Notes: generated by a model from the sequence alone, not told the origin. A stretch of DNA of 64,000 nt from Akkermansiaceae bacterium (GCA_025354565.1 JANXMQ010000247.1:5880-69879), one strand, 5' to 3'. Positions 36,001 through 44,727 are shown, counted from the stretch's first letter. A program made the numbers and translations.

Positions 36001-37413
36001 GACCGAGGTACGGTTTCCGCCCCGAACGATCCGCGCACCAACGGCACCAAGCAGCTCTACTCCTCCCAGAAGTGGGGTAAAAATGCCATCTACATCAATA
36101 CTGACGCCCGTTCCTACCGCGACATCCGCTTGAAGTCGGCCAACGCCAGTGCCGATGACACTGGCGTCCGTGCTAACAATCCCAATCGCACCTATCTCGG
36201 CGCCACCCAGCTTGCTTGGCTCCAGCAAAACCTGCTCGATGCTCAAAACAGTGGTGCGACTTGGAAATTTGTTTCCATCTCTGATCCGATCGACCAAATA
36301 GGACCTATCAGTAGTGCACTCGGCTTGCAGAACCTCCCGAGCTTCGGCGCTGGCAGCACTTACAGTCCCGTGAACTCGGACGGTGGTAAATCCTTCATTG
36401 GCGGCTACCGCGCGGAACGCAACAACCTGCTCAAGTTCATCGCTGACAACCATATCACTAATGTCGTATTCATGGCGACCGACGATCACCAGAACCGCAT
36501 CAACGAAGTGACCTACTCGCCCTCCGGTCAACTGAGCACCCAGTCCAGCTATGTGAAGGTTCCATACTGTTTCTCCATTGTTTGCGGACCGCTGGGAGCA
36601 ACTGGGCCCGACCTCATCACAAATCATACCTTTTCCATGGCCCAGCAATACGCCAACAGCATCGCCGCCGCGCAACAAGCCGCGGGTGTGGAGACACTCG
36701 GATTGATCGGCTACCCCGGCTTGAAAAACCTCGTGCGGGATGGTCACCCAGCAGCCAGCACCAGCCCGGAACCCGTGGACTTTTACAGCCCGGACACCTT
36801 CAACTTCACCACACTTGATGTCAGTGCCGATGGGAAAACACTGTCAGTCAGCAGCATCGGCATGGATGCCACAGCACAAAACGCCGGCATAGAATACGCC
36901 AACGGCCCACAAGCCAAAACCGTATTCAGCTTCCAGATCGACGCCCCGAGTCCTGTTGATACTTGGCGCCTGGCCAAATTCGGCACCACCTCCACCACTG
37001 GCAATCTCGCCAATAACGCGGACTTTGATAACGATGGCATCCAAAACCTCGTCGAATACGGCCTTGGCACCGAACCCACAAGCGGCAGCGGTGCCAACGG
37101 CCCAGCAGCTTTGCCAATGCCCTCAATTGGCGATGCGAACTCCTTGTTAAGCGACCGCCTCGCCCTGTCATTCACCCTCACCAATCCCAATCCCGAGGAT
37201 CTAACTTACACCGTCCAAGCCTCCGATGACCTCGGCACATGGAGCGATGTGGCCCGTAAAACCGGCACCGCCGCCTGGACTTGGCTCGGTGGCGGCAGCT
37301 CCCGCGTCGTAACTTCGGGCACCGGACCCGTCACCGTAAAAATCGGCGATTCCGTCCCCTCCGACGCGGCCCACCCCCGCCGCATGATGAGACTGAAGAT
37401 CACAAACCCGTGA
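30088..37413 (+). CDS. Giant modular secreted protein. Module order: shared N-terminal domain, 3 InlB-B-like repeats + Listeria-Bacteroides repeat, lamin-tail domain, DUF11/CARDB-like, Ig, phytase-like esterase domain, cadherin-like (He_PIG/dystroglycan-type), PhoD-like phosphatase, shared C-terminal module
   Basis: Signal peptide: LAACAVGVVAFSAAVHAAA. Repeats: YTLTYTA(G/N)ANGSITGT.PQTV...GY.FTQWSDGST.NPRT. Lamin-tail: VVITEVAPWSSG...DWFELTNTGSTTVNITGW. Phytase-like: SDEYGPYIYHFN...NQGLEGLSQSPDGRKLF. PhoD-like: GVASGDADSSSAILWTR...FYYRFV...FAFSGDND...WDNHE. Confidence 0.8.
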   Translation: MNSLSHPSCLIRPYKLLSSTLAACAVGVVAFSAAVHAAAFTNGNLAVLQVDASSANTTGSVVELSPTAAGQTPTNVITLDGTTSAVALRFSGSATSTGYVANSADGTLLTFTGANNTNTSANVNTLNPRAVGTLNNLGSFNLATTYTGVSNNQTRGATTLNKTTWYIGDQNGIYTNASTSASPSGNFRSIKAFGSTVYGFTSSASLAPVATISAASGGTATSLPGLAVGATSRQDFYLISSGSNGTTFDTLYVLDATSGSAGTIFKYSLVAGSWTANGSYTTAFGGFGLAATKSGTGAALFVSTGTGATITNSVIRVTDTAGFNSNIAVTTANNVTLYTAATGKIIKGVAFAPTAAAVTNYTLTYTAGANGSITGTTPQTVASGGNGTAVTAVANTGYHFTQWSDGSTTNPRTESNVTANLSISASFAINTYTLTYTANANGSITGTSPQTVNYNTSGSAVTAVPSAGYSFTQWSDGSTANPRTDANVVANLSVSASFALNSYSLTYTANANGSISGITPQTVGSGNNGTAVTALPNTGYHFTQWSDASTANPRTDSNVTANLSVSASFAINTYTLTYDGNGNTGGSAPVDASGPYNYNSTVTVLDNTGSLIKTGYALSGWNTAANGSGTDYSAGSTFSISANTTLYAKWLVSLPSVVITEVAPWSSGTAAVGADWFELTNTGSTTVNITGWTMDDNSNSFAASVALSGITSIAPGESVIFIETTTATGAVNALKTAWFGSNPPPSLQIGTYSGSGVGLSGSGDAVNIFDGSGNRVTGVAFGASPTVAPLATFDNKASLGSSTLPLPIISTLSVTGTNGAFVAANDSSEIGSPGTTNTVVGPDLTVNVTAPATATSGVNFDYTITVSNIGTVSATGVALNFTLPDGLNFVSASGTNSFTGTNNLGVINFIGGSINAASFATLTVSANAASTGTYAAAVGAAIVDPANAITEANEYNNTSTTATSTVISGPTIPSITTQPASISITTGSITTLNVAANGSPAPSFQWYAGTSGTTTTPVGTNDSSFTTPSLLTSTNYWVRVTNSAGSVDSTTATVTVSGYLAAYTSSNLQIKTPDTNTWNPAGVTVNGTNFINLGLQGVGRIPAGLTDTTANAGGKQTANTGESVGSVSDMQISDWKKNSNGTYSGTFNTLPDRGYNSGTIYSNFAARVNKFDFTFTPYTSNTPTTAQNQINVNFSGSERFTYDRGGNTPTFTTGLLADATTNLFGVLAPAANTSTTQSDGTVSNRLSVDAEGFVLDRRAGKSGAGWVSDEYGPYIYHFNSSKQLDGQLQLPAALLPHKPVGTLSFVDTNVNGRRTNQGLEGLSQSPDGRKLFGLMQSATLQDSGSTNQSRYNTRLLVYDVSASDVPNDPVAQYVIQLPQITSSGNGSSPDRNGAQSSILSLNDHQILILSRDGNGRGASGSPVFKSILLADLSTGTNIDGLYDAEGAAVAPGAVLSPSVTPLTWSEALNMIGKLGASSSAEVAKFGLNLNTAPGDINTICEKWEALALVSANDSANPNDYFLFVSNDNDFISGTGKYMATDGTITSYDAGLENDTLFLAWRIRMTGPDNQAPFVANTIPNQSAFTGSTLTYQFPSSTFTDPESGTLNYSATMSDGTSLPSWLSFNPATRTFTGTPSTTDIGTLVVMVTTTDNGTPSLSASTSFTITISPLTFLGVASGDADSSSAILWTRTNEGVAANLTAQVATDLAFSTRVAFNTVVDPTKDCTAKVSATGLAYGTKFYYRFVVTGSSETSGIGTFKTAPAANTSSPLHFAFSGDNDGLIRPYALASLIPAQNLDFYINLGDVIYENASNLTTSGAHNGASWLNSPSVTLSNDSLSFNGVPRAFIPAGTPFATGAQLKADYEKKYRENFLPVNTGGQNSLQVLYASQGNYTTWDNHELGNRKYIDGGAPAGGSVGGTAGTDMASGRGADARDNVGGNVNDVNTSATDIMNRAPGWQILRDTFLSYQPMADRGTVSAPNDPRTNGTKQLYSSQKWGKNAIYINTDARSYRDIRLKSANASADDTGVRANNPNRTYLGATQLAWLQQNLLDAQNSGATWKFVSISDPIDQIGPISSALGLQNLPSFGAGSTYSPVNSDGGKSFIGGYRAERNNLLKFIADNHITNVVFMATDDHQNRINEVTYSPSGQLSTQSSYVKVPYCFSIVCGPLGATGPDLITNHTFSMAQQYANSIAAAQQAAGVETLGLIGYPGLKNLVRDGHPAASTSPEPVDFYSPDTFNFTTLDVSADGKTLSVSSIGMDATAQNAGIEYANGPQAKTVFSFQIDAPSPVDTWRLAKFGTTSTTGNLANNADFDNDGIQNLVEYGLGTEPTSGSGANGPAALPMPSIGDANSLLSDRLALSFTLTNPNPEDLTYTVQASDDLGTWSDVARKTGTAAWTWLGGGSSRVVTSGTGPVTVKIGDSVPSDAAHPRRMMRLKITNP
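31164..31800 (+). repeat. Three tandem copies of about 210 bp encoding InlB-B-like repeats
   Basis: Units begin near 31164, 31371 and 31584 (aac/act tac acc ctc acc tac acc gcc...). The protein units are about 70 aa and highly similar. A fourth, different Listeria-Bacteroides-type repeat follows to about 32040. Confidence 0.8.
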
Positions 37414-37698
37414 TCAGAATGAATGCCTTGCATGATTTTGCCGGTATCTTCGGGCCCCGACTCTGGAAGTTTGCGTATTTTGCACATCGGATACACTAAC
37501 ATCAAAAAGGCGTGGATACCGTCGCCGCTAGGAAATCCCAATCCACCGGGTTTTCCAAATGGGCACTGCGGATTGATAGTTACGGATTTGGCACATTCTA
37601 AGCATTAATTAAAAATGCGATTTGTACTACAATCTCTCTATTCCGTGGCAGACGAAACCCCGCTTGGCCGCACGATATTCAGAAAGACCGCACCGACC

Positions 37699-40600
37699 AT
37701 GATCCGAAACCTACTCCTTCGCTCCGGTATTCTCCTATCACTATCAATTTTCGCCACACTGCAAGCTGGGTCATTTACAGCGGGCAATCTCGCGGTGTTG
37801 CAAACAGATGCTTCAGCCATCAACACCACCGCCTCAATTATTGAACTTGTTCCATCCACCGCCAACCAAACGCCAACGAATAGCATTGCCATTCTTGGCA
37901 CTGGCGCGACCGCCATGCGTTTCAGCGGCTCGGGAACCAGCACTGGTTACCTTGCCACGAGCGATGATCGTTCGCTGTTGAGTTTCACAGGCGCGAACAG
38001 CACGGATACCACCACCAACGTCAACGCACTCAATCCGCGTGGCGTGGCAACGCTTAGCCCATCAGGCAGTATTGCAATCGCCACCAACTACACCGGCAGC
38101 GGTACCAACCAAACCCGTGGGGCAACCAGCGTGAACAATACAAATTGGTTCATCGGCGATGCCGGAGGTCTCTACACCAATGGTACGAGTGCCCCGAGTC
38201 CGGCAGGAAACTTGCGCGGCATGAAAAGTTTTGGCGGCACGGTCTATGGAGGTTCATCCACACTGACCCAAGTCGTTACAAGCAATGCGCTCACCGGTGG
38301 CACGCTCACCGGTCTGCCGGGGCTTTCCAGCACTGCCAACGTTAACTTTCAAGATTTCTACTTAATCTCCTCGGGCGATAATGGTTCAACATACGATGTT
38401 CTTTATATAGTATCCGCCACAGCCACCGCTGCTGGCACGATCAACAAGTATTCATTAGTTACCGGCACTTGGACGGCCAATGGCAGTTACACTACCAATT
38501 TTGGCGGCTTCGGACTGGCTGCTGCCGACAATGGAAACGGGGCGTTGCTTTATGTTTCGACGGGCAATGGTGCCACCACTGCCAACAAAGTCATAAAACT
38601 GGCTGACACCGCTGGCTACAACGCGACGATCGCGATCACTACCGCCAGCAACGTTACACTTTACACCGCGCCGACTGGGAAAAGCGTTAAAGGTGTTGCC
38701 TTCACCCCTGTTACGAATCCAGTTCCTGATCTGGCAGTAACCGTGACGGCTCCAGCGAATGGGACCGTCGGCACAAATTTCGATTACACCATCACCGCAA
38801 CCAACAATGGAAGTGTTAGCGCGACCGGGGTGTCCGTGCAATTCACGATTCCTTCCGGCTTGAACTATGTTTCCACATCAGGCAGTGGCTTCGCGGCAGC
38901 CCAAGCCTCAGGTGTTGTCACTTTTACCGGTGGAACTCTGGCTGGGAGTGCGAGCGCCGTGCTTACCGTCACCGTCACTCCGACGTCCGCCGCCACCTAC
39001 TCCGCGCCGATCGGGGCCGCAATCATCGATCCCGGAAATACGATTGTCGAAAGTAACGAAACTAACAATAATTCACCCGTTGCCGCTTCCACCGTCGTCG
39101 TCCTGCCGAATTCCCCGCCAATCTTCACGGCCCAGCCTACTGCAACTCAACCGGTCAACTACGGCGCCACCACCACCCTCACCATTACCGTCACTGGCAA
39201 TCCCACCCCGACTTTGCAATGGTATCAGGGTCTCAGTGGGGATACCAGCACCCCAGTGTCAGGAGCCACTTCAGCCAGTTTCACCACCCCGGCCGTCACC
39301 GCCAATATCAACTACTGGGCGAGAGCGACAAATAGCGTTGCCTCCACAGACAGTAATACCGCCGCTATCACGGTGGTCCTATCCACGAATGCTAATCTAT
39401 CCGCGCTCGTTCCTAACAGCGGATCACTATCCCCAACTTTCGCCTCCGGAACTACCAGTTACAAAGTGGCAGCCTTAAACACCACCACTAGCATCACTTT
39501 CACTCCCACCTCGTCGAACGCCAATTCAACTCTCCAAATCCGCATTAACAGCGGCGCATATAGCCCCATCACTTCCGGGACTGCCAGCAGTGCGCTTGCG
39601 CTCAATGAGGGGGCAAATTTGGTTGAAATTCTCATCACTGCACAAGATGGCTCCACCACTCGTTTCTACAGCATCAACGTGACTCGCTACGCGCCATTGC
39701 TGGCGACCGGCTCAATTGCCTTCGTCGGCTATAATGCAGATGGTAATGACGACATCGCCTTCGTCGCACTAACAAATATCCCCGAAAACTCGGCGATTTA
39801 TTTCACTGACAATGAATGGAACGGACAAGCCATCGGCTCCGGCGGGGCCTTCAATGACTTCAATGAAAGCGAGTGGCTCTGGACCCCGCCAACTGGCGGT
39901 ATTACCGCAGGCACTGTCGTCACGATCAACTCGATCAGCACCGGCACCACGACCACTACCGTCGGCACCGTGGCGTTCACGGATTCCGCGAGCCGTGGCC
40001 TCAGCACCTCGTCCGATGCGGTCTATGCGTTCCAAGGATTATCCCACCTGCCACAGGTATTTTTAACTGAAATCAGCTCCGACACGGGATCTTCCATTGC
40101 TAATACAGGCCTCACCTTGGGATCGACTGCGATCGCGCTCGCCGCGAGTTCGGACGGTGCCGTTTACACCGGCTCGCGCTCGAACCAATCGACCTTCGCC
40201 GCCTATCTGCCGATCGTTAACAACATCGCAAACTGGAATGATGTCGGAGATGGCGATGGCACCACCCTGCTGCCCTTCAGTCCCACCGCTTTCACTCTCG
40301 CCAGCGCTCTTTCCCCAATCAACACTTGGCGCTTGGCCAAATTCGGCTCCACCTCCACCGACGGAAACCTCGCCAGCAATGCTGACTACGACAATGACAG
40401 CATCCAAAACCTTGTCGAATACGGCCTCGGCACCGAACCCACCATCGGCAGCGGCACCAATGGTCCGAGCGCTCTTCCCCAGTTGATTCTCAGTGATGCG
40501 AACGCCCTATTGACCGACCGCCTCGCCTTGAGCTTCGCCCTCGCCAATCCCAATCCGAGTGACCTCACTTACATCGTCCAAGCCTCTGACGACCTCGGTA

Positions 40601-40776
40601 TATGGAGCGATGTCGCTAGCAAAACCGGCACCGCCGCCTGGACTTGGCTGGCTGGTGGTACCTCGCGCATCGTGACCTCCGGCACCGGAACCATCACCGT
40701 GAAAATCGGCGATTCCGTACCCGCCGACGCCGCTCACCCGCGCCGCTTGATGCGCCTGAAAGTGACGAATCCATAA
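37699..40776 (+). CDS. Modular secreted paralog. Module order: shared N-terminal domain, DUF11/CARDB-like, Ig, cadherin-like beta-sandwich, unknown domain, shared C-terminal module
   Basis: Signal peptide: MIRNLLLRSGILLSLSIFATLQAGS (start at ATG 37699). The N-terminal region of about 330 aa and the C-terminal region of about 155 aa are collinear with the previous gene. The middle carries NANLSALVPNSGSLSPTFASGTTSYKV (cadherin-like domain). Confidence 0.8.
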   Translation: MIRNLLLRSGILLSLSIFATLQAGSFTAGNLAVLQTDASAINTTASIIELVPSTANQTPTNSIAILGTGATAMRFSGSGTSTGYLATSDDRSLLSFTGANSTDTTTNVNALNPRGVATLSPSGSIAIATNYTGSGTNQTRGATSVNNTNWFIGDAGGLYTNGTSAPSPAGNLRGMKSFGGTVYGGSSTLTQVVTSNALTGGTLTGLPGLSSTANVNFQDFYLISSGDNGSTYDVLYIVSATATAAGTINKYSLVTGTWTANGSYTTNFGGFGLAAADNGNGALLYVSTGNGATTANKVIKLADTAGYNATIAITTASNVTLYTAPTGKSVKGVAFTPVTNPVPDLAVTVTAPANGTVGTNFDYTITATNNGSVSATGVSVQFTIPSGLNYVSTSGSGFAAAQASGVVTFTGGTLAGSASAVLTVTVTPTSAATYSAPIGAAIIDPGNTIVESNETNNNSPVAASTVVVLPNSPPIFTAQPTATQPVNYGATTTLTITVTGNPTPTLQWYQGLSGDTSTPVSGATSASFTTPAVTANINYWARATNSVASTDSNTAAITVVLSTNANLSALVPNSGSLSPTFASGTTSYKVAALNTTTSITFTPTSSNANSTLQIRINSGAYSPITSGTASSALALNEGANLVEILITAQDGSTTRFYSINVTRYAPLLATGSIAFVGYNADGNDDIAFVALTNIPENSAIYFTDNEWNGQAIGSGGAFNDFNESEWLWTPPTGGITAGTVVTINSISTGTTTTTVGTVAFTDSASRGLSTSSDAVYAFQGLSHLPQVFLTEISSDTGSSIANTGLTLGSTAIALAASSDGAVYTGSRSNQSTFAAYLPIVNNIANWNDVGDGDGTTLLPFSPTAFTLASALSPINTWRLAKFGSTSTDGNLASNADYDNDSIQNLVEYGLGTEPTIGSGTNGPSALPQLILSDANALLTDRLALSFALANPNPSDLTYIVQASDDLGIWSDVASKTGTAAWTWLAGGTSRIVTSGTGTITVKIGDSVPADAAHPRRLMRLKVTNP

Positions 40777-41025
40777 ATTTTAAAGCGCTGCGACCCTACC
40801 CTGGTTTTCTCCGCAATATCTCGGTCTGGAAAAAGACTCGATACGATTTCTGCGATCAACTTCGATAGCTGCAGCCACTTGCATTTCCGCATCTTTTTGG
40901 AATTGAGATAGAGGCTAGAATTTCTACACTAGCGAAATCTTTGGCAAAAAAATCCCCTTGCCGACTATCCAAGAAACCGATAATTCCATCCTGTTACTAA
41001 ACAAAATATTGTAACCCATTTTTCG

Positions 41026-42078
41026 ATGAAAACCTTCACTCTGCGTATCTCCATCAGATTTCTAACTACTCTACTTTGCCTCGCTGGCGTCTTCACGTTC
41101 CCGGCCCATGCAGCAGCTCCTAACAACCAGATCGGCATCAATCTCTGGCTGTTCAATGACTTCAACAACACCTTCACGTTCACGGATTTAGTGAAACGTT
41201 CCCGGCCCTGGGGTTCCGTCGCGCAATCATTCGTGCCGATCACGAATGTCGATACCCTGGGCTGGCCGAAGCAGGACGCAGGCCTGTTTCTGCATGTCAG
41301 CCAACAGCAGGATGCGCTGGGAAATACCGTCAACGGTCCCGCTCCCCTACCCGCCGGCACCTATAAAATCATCTTCAAAGGCAGTGCCAATGCCATCGCG
41401 CCCTCTGTTGGTGTCATCACTAACAAACGCTATAACTCCTCCACTAACACGACCCGCGCGGACTGGACGCTTGCCGCTCCCGCCTTTGAGAACACCTCCA
41501 TCAGCTTCACTGGCACCCACCGGACCACCACCGCCGCCCTGAACACCGGCCTCACAAATCTGCGCATTTTCCTCCCTGGCTTCCCGGATGACGGTTCGGT
41601 CGTGTTCACCCCAGACTTCCTCGCGCTGGGGGAAAAATTTCAAATCATCCGCTTCATGGACTGGATGGACATCAACTTGAACCCAATCCAAACCTTTGCG
41701 GAACGCACCCTGCCGACGCACGCCACCCAGGCTCGACGCGTCCCGCTGGCAGACCGGCCCGATCTCGATTTCCCCGACACCTCATCGGGGGTGGCCTTCG
41801 AGCACATGATCCAACTCTGTAATGCGACGGGAACCGACATGTGGATCAACGTCCCGGCGCGCGCCGACGACGACTTCGTCCGCAAAATGCTGCAACTGAT
41901 CCGCGATGGCAACCCAACGCTCGGCTTCAGCGGCTTGAATGCCGACCGCAAACTCTACGTGGAATTCGCCAATGAAATTTGGAATGGTTCAGCCGGTTTC
42001 CTGAGCTTTTCCCGCGTCAAGGCCCAGTCGGACGCCGCCCTGCTCGATCCGTCCCACCCAATGCCGATCCTCGCATGA
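41026..42078 (+). CDS. Secreted hypothetical protein, possibly a clan GH-A glycoside-hydrolase-like N-terminal fragment
   Basis: The signal peptide is LLCLAGVFTFPAHAAAP. YVEFANEIWN resembles the acid/base NE strand of TIM-barrel glycosidases. The functional call is weak. Confidence 0.4.
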   Translation: MKTFTLRISIRFLTTLLCLAGVFTFPAHAAAPNNQIGINLWLFNDFNNTFTFTDLVKRSRPWGSVAQSFVPITNVDTLGWPKQDAGLFLHVSQQQDALGNTVNGPAPLPAGTYKIIFKGSANAIAPSVGVITNKRYNSSTNTTRADWTLAAPAFENTSISFTGTHRTTTAALNTGLTNLRIFLPGFPDDGSVVFTPDFLALGEKFQIIRFMDWMDINLNPIQTFAERTLPTHATQARRVPLADRPDLDFPDTSSGVAFEHMIQLCNATGTDMWINVPARADDDFVRKMLQLIRDGNPTLGFSGLNADRKLYVEFANEIWNGSAGFLSFSRVKAQSDAALLDPSHPMPILA

Positions 42079-42644
42079 AAACCGCACTCATCGACTCTCA
42101 CAACCAGTGGTCTCGGGCCGGTGGCGACATCTTCGTGTATTACGCCACCACCGGCGATTCGGCCTTTGAATTCACCCCCACCGAGAAGCAACTGACCACG
42201 CCGAAGTTGCAGGCGGTCGATGCCCTGCGTGCACGGGCAACGGTCTCCACCTCCACCGGGAAATTGGTTCCATCGACATTCCTCGCTATCAGTAATCCCC
42301 AACTCATCAACGAGGGGAATTTCCTGAACCTGCCGGAAAATACCGCCGTCCTCCGCGCCGCGACCTTTGCGGGTCAGGGCCAGCTTTTCCTCCCGGTCCA
42401 CACGATCAGCCCCGATCCAGTTGCTCTAACTGTCCGCCTTGAAACGCTCGGCAGTGCGACTGGCGGCACCATCGACATCTTCTTCAACGGGGTGAAACTC
42501 AAACGCATAAGCATCCCCACGGCGGCTGTCGCGCCAGCCTTCGTATTCCGCAGCGCGGGCGCGGTCACCTCACGCTTCGGCCTCAATGTCCTGCGCATCG
42601 TGTGCGTGAAGGGCGAGGTTCAGTTGAGAAACGTTAGATTCTAA
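42076..42644 (+). CDS. Hypothetical protein, or the continuation of the preceding gene after a frameshift
   Basis: ATG 42076 overlaps the upstream TGA (ATGA). The ORF frame is already open from 41979. The C-terminal part looks like a beta-sandwich (TIDIFFNGVKLKRISIP...). Confidence 0.4.
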
Positions 42645-42662
42645 CTATCTCCGCCCGCAAAG

Positions 42663-43898
42663 TCAGCGGGCCTTGAGATGCTTGTCGCAGAATTCGAGAT
42701 ACTGCTGCCAGTCGAAGTCGGTCACGTCATGCTTGCCCGGTCGGACGTGGTAGGCGATGCCACCTTGCGCGGAGATTCCCGCTGCCGGCCAAGTGTCTGC
42801 GGGCAAGCCCTCGGCACCTAGCAGTTTGAACACCGGTTCGGCGGCCTTGGCTGCGGTAAACTCGCCCTCTGGATCCGAACCTTTATCGCCCGTCGCGCTG
42901 GCCACATAGATCGGCCTGGGGGCGACCAGCGAGATCACGAGATGCTGGTCAAAGGGCAGTTCGATATCCTTGTCATTGTATTTCCGAAAACTCCGCGCAA
43001 ACCAATGAGGAAATACCGTGTTCAACCGCGTGATGTTCTCCCCCACCCCACGCCGGAAAAGTTTCGCCCCGCCTGCGCCAGACTCGTTGCTGATGACCAT
43101 GGCGAACCGCTCGTCAGTCGCCCCCGCCCACAAGGCGGCCTTGCCAAGGCGGGAAAACCCGAAAACGGCCACTCTCTTGGCATCGATGGTCGGCTCTTTT
43201 TCCAGCACGTCCAAGGCCCGGCTGAGGCTCCAGGCCCAGGCGGCGATGCAGCCGAAGTTATCCTCACTCTGCTGGAGTTCGGGAAATGCCGACTGCGCAC
43301 CGCTCGCAAAGTAGGGCGTGTGATCCGCACACACATCCTCGCGATACATCGTAGCCAGTGCGTAACCTCTTGCTAACATCTCATCCACCGGCCACATCTT
43401 CGCGTTGGTGCCACGACTTTCCTCGGTGGCATGGTGATCCTTCACACCCGCTTGTTCCACCGAATTCTTAGGCTCCTCCACCCAGCTATCGGTCATGCGG
43501 ATGCCGCGATCCGCATGGATCGTGTGGTTGCCCGAGAAATTGAGCCCAAGAATCGTCGGCACCGGTCCCTTTGTTTGGTTGGGCAAATACACCAGTAAGT
43601 CCATTCGCGGGCCGGGTTTGCCGCCCGGATAGATCGCGATCTGGATGCGCGTCGCCTTGCCGTCGAGAGCCTTATCGTCACGGTCGAAAACCTCGGAAAC
43701 CAGCTTTTGCGGCCGTCCGGGAGAACGCCCATACATTTCCCGGCTAAACAATTCCAACAGCTCAGGACGGCGTTTTTCCCGCCATTGCTCCGGGGTCGTG
43801 ATCTTGGTGCCATCCAGCGCCACCAGCGGATCCGGCAGCCCATCGGCCCGCGCCCATGCGCCAACTAACAAAAAAAACGTAGCAATGATTCGTAGCAT
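42663..43898 (-). CDS. Glucuronoyl esterase, carbohydrate esterase family 15
   Basis: It has a signal peptide. The catalytic-serine block is VAVFGFSRLGKAALWAGATDERFAMVISNESGAGGAKL, followed by FDQHLVISLVAPRP. This is the bacterial CE15 pattern (G-x-S-R-x-G-K). Confidence 0.7.
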   Translation of the reverse strand: MLRIIATFFLLVGAWARADGLPDPLVALDGTKITTPEQWREKRRPELLELFSREMYGRSPGRPQKLVSEVFDRDDKALDGKATRIQIAIYPGGKPGPRMDLLVYLPNQTKGPVPTILGLNFSGNHTIHADRGIRMTDSWVEEPKNSVEQAGVKDHHATEESRGTNAKMWPVDEMLARGYALATMYREDVCADHTPYFASGAQSAFPELQQSEDNFGCIAAWAWSLSRALDVLEKEPTIDAKRVAVFGFSRLGKAALWAGATDERFAMVISNESGAGGAKLFRRGVGENITRLNTVFPHWFARSFRKYNDKDIELPFDQHLVISLVAPRPIYVASATGDKGSDPEGEFTAAKAAEPVFKLLGAEGLPADTWPAAGISAQGGIAYHVRPGKHDVTDFDWQQYLEFCDKHLKAR

Positions 43899-44019
43899 GA
43901 ATTTCAGTGGTCTTATGACAGATCTCGAAAACGAAGTGACTCTTTGATTGGAACGCGAAATTGATTCCGCACTCCATTTGATCGTCCCGCAAGCGTCATT
44001 ATATTGGTGAGAAATGGTA

Positions 44020-44727
44020 TTATTTCACAGCCGGCTCGGGAGCAGGGCTGCCGGTCAACACTTTGAACGCGGCCTTGGCCATCTCTCCGGCACCTTCAGT
44101 GTTTGGATGAACGCGGTCTGGCAGGAGTTGCGGGCGTTCCACCAGCGCAGCGTGCATGTCGATGCCGCCGAGCTTCATGTCTGCGGCGAGCTGATCCACG
44201 CGCTTGATCTCCTCCTTCACGTTGGTCTCATTGATACCATAATTTCCCGGTTCCGGCACCGGGCATGGGCGGCAGACATACACCTGCGGATGGCTCGCGA
44301 GGGCTTGGAAGGATTTCACGAGTTCGGTGTAATCTGCCACGAACTCGGACTCGAATTTCCAGTTCTGCGCCTTGGTGTCATTGGTCCCGAGCATGATGAT
44401 GACGACATCGGGCTCCGCCTTGAGCGCCTCCTGATAGGCTTTCTCAATCCAATACGGGTGATCGCCTTTTTTCAAGAGCGTGCGGCCGCTAACGCCGAAA
44501 TTGTCCACCTTCCACGAATCGCCTAACAGCGCCTGGAGTTGCGAGGGATAGGATTTGCCCTTACCCGCACCGGCCCCTTGGGTAATGCTGTCGCCGATGC
44601 AGGCAACACGGACCGGAGCCTTGTAGGCAGCGGGTTTGATGGGTGCCATCGGCTCCGCAGCGAATGCGTGCATGGACAGTATCGCGATGAGATTGAGGAT
44701 TCGAATTTTCATGGATGGGTAAGTCAA
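44020..44727 (-). CDS. SGNH/GDSL-family hydrolase (acetyl-esterase-like)
   Basis: It has a signal peptide. Block I is VACIGDSITQG, block III is MLGTNDT, and the end motif is DRVHPN. Confidence 0.75.
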   Translation of the reverse strand: MTYPSMKIRILNLIAILSMHAFAAEPMAPIKPAAYKAPVRVACIGDSITQGAGAGKGKSYPSQLQALLGDSWKVDNFGVSGRTLLKKGDHPYWIEKAYQEALKAEPDVVIIMLGTNDTKAQNWKFESEFVADYTELVKSFQALASHPQVYVCRPCPVPEPGNYGINETNVKEEIKRVDQLAADMKLGGIDMHAALVERPQLLPDRVHPNTEGAGEMAKAAFKVLTGSPAPEPAVK

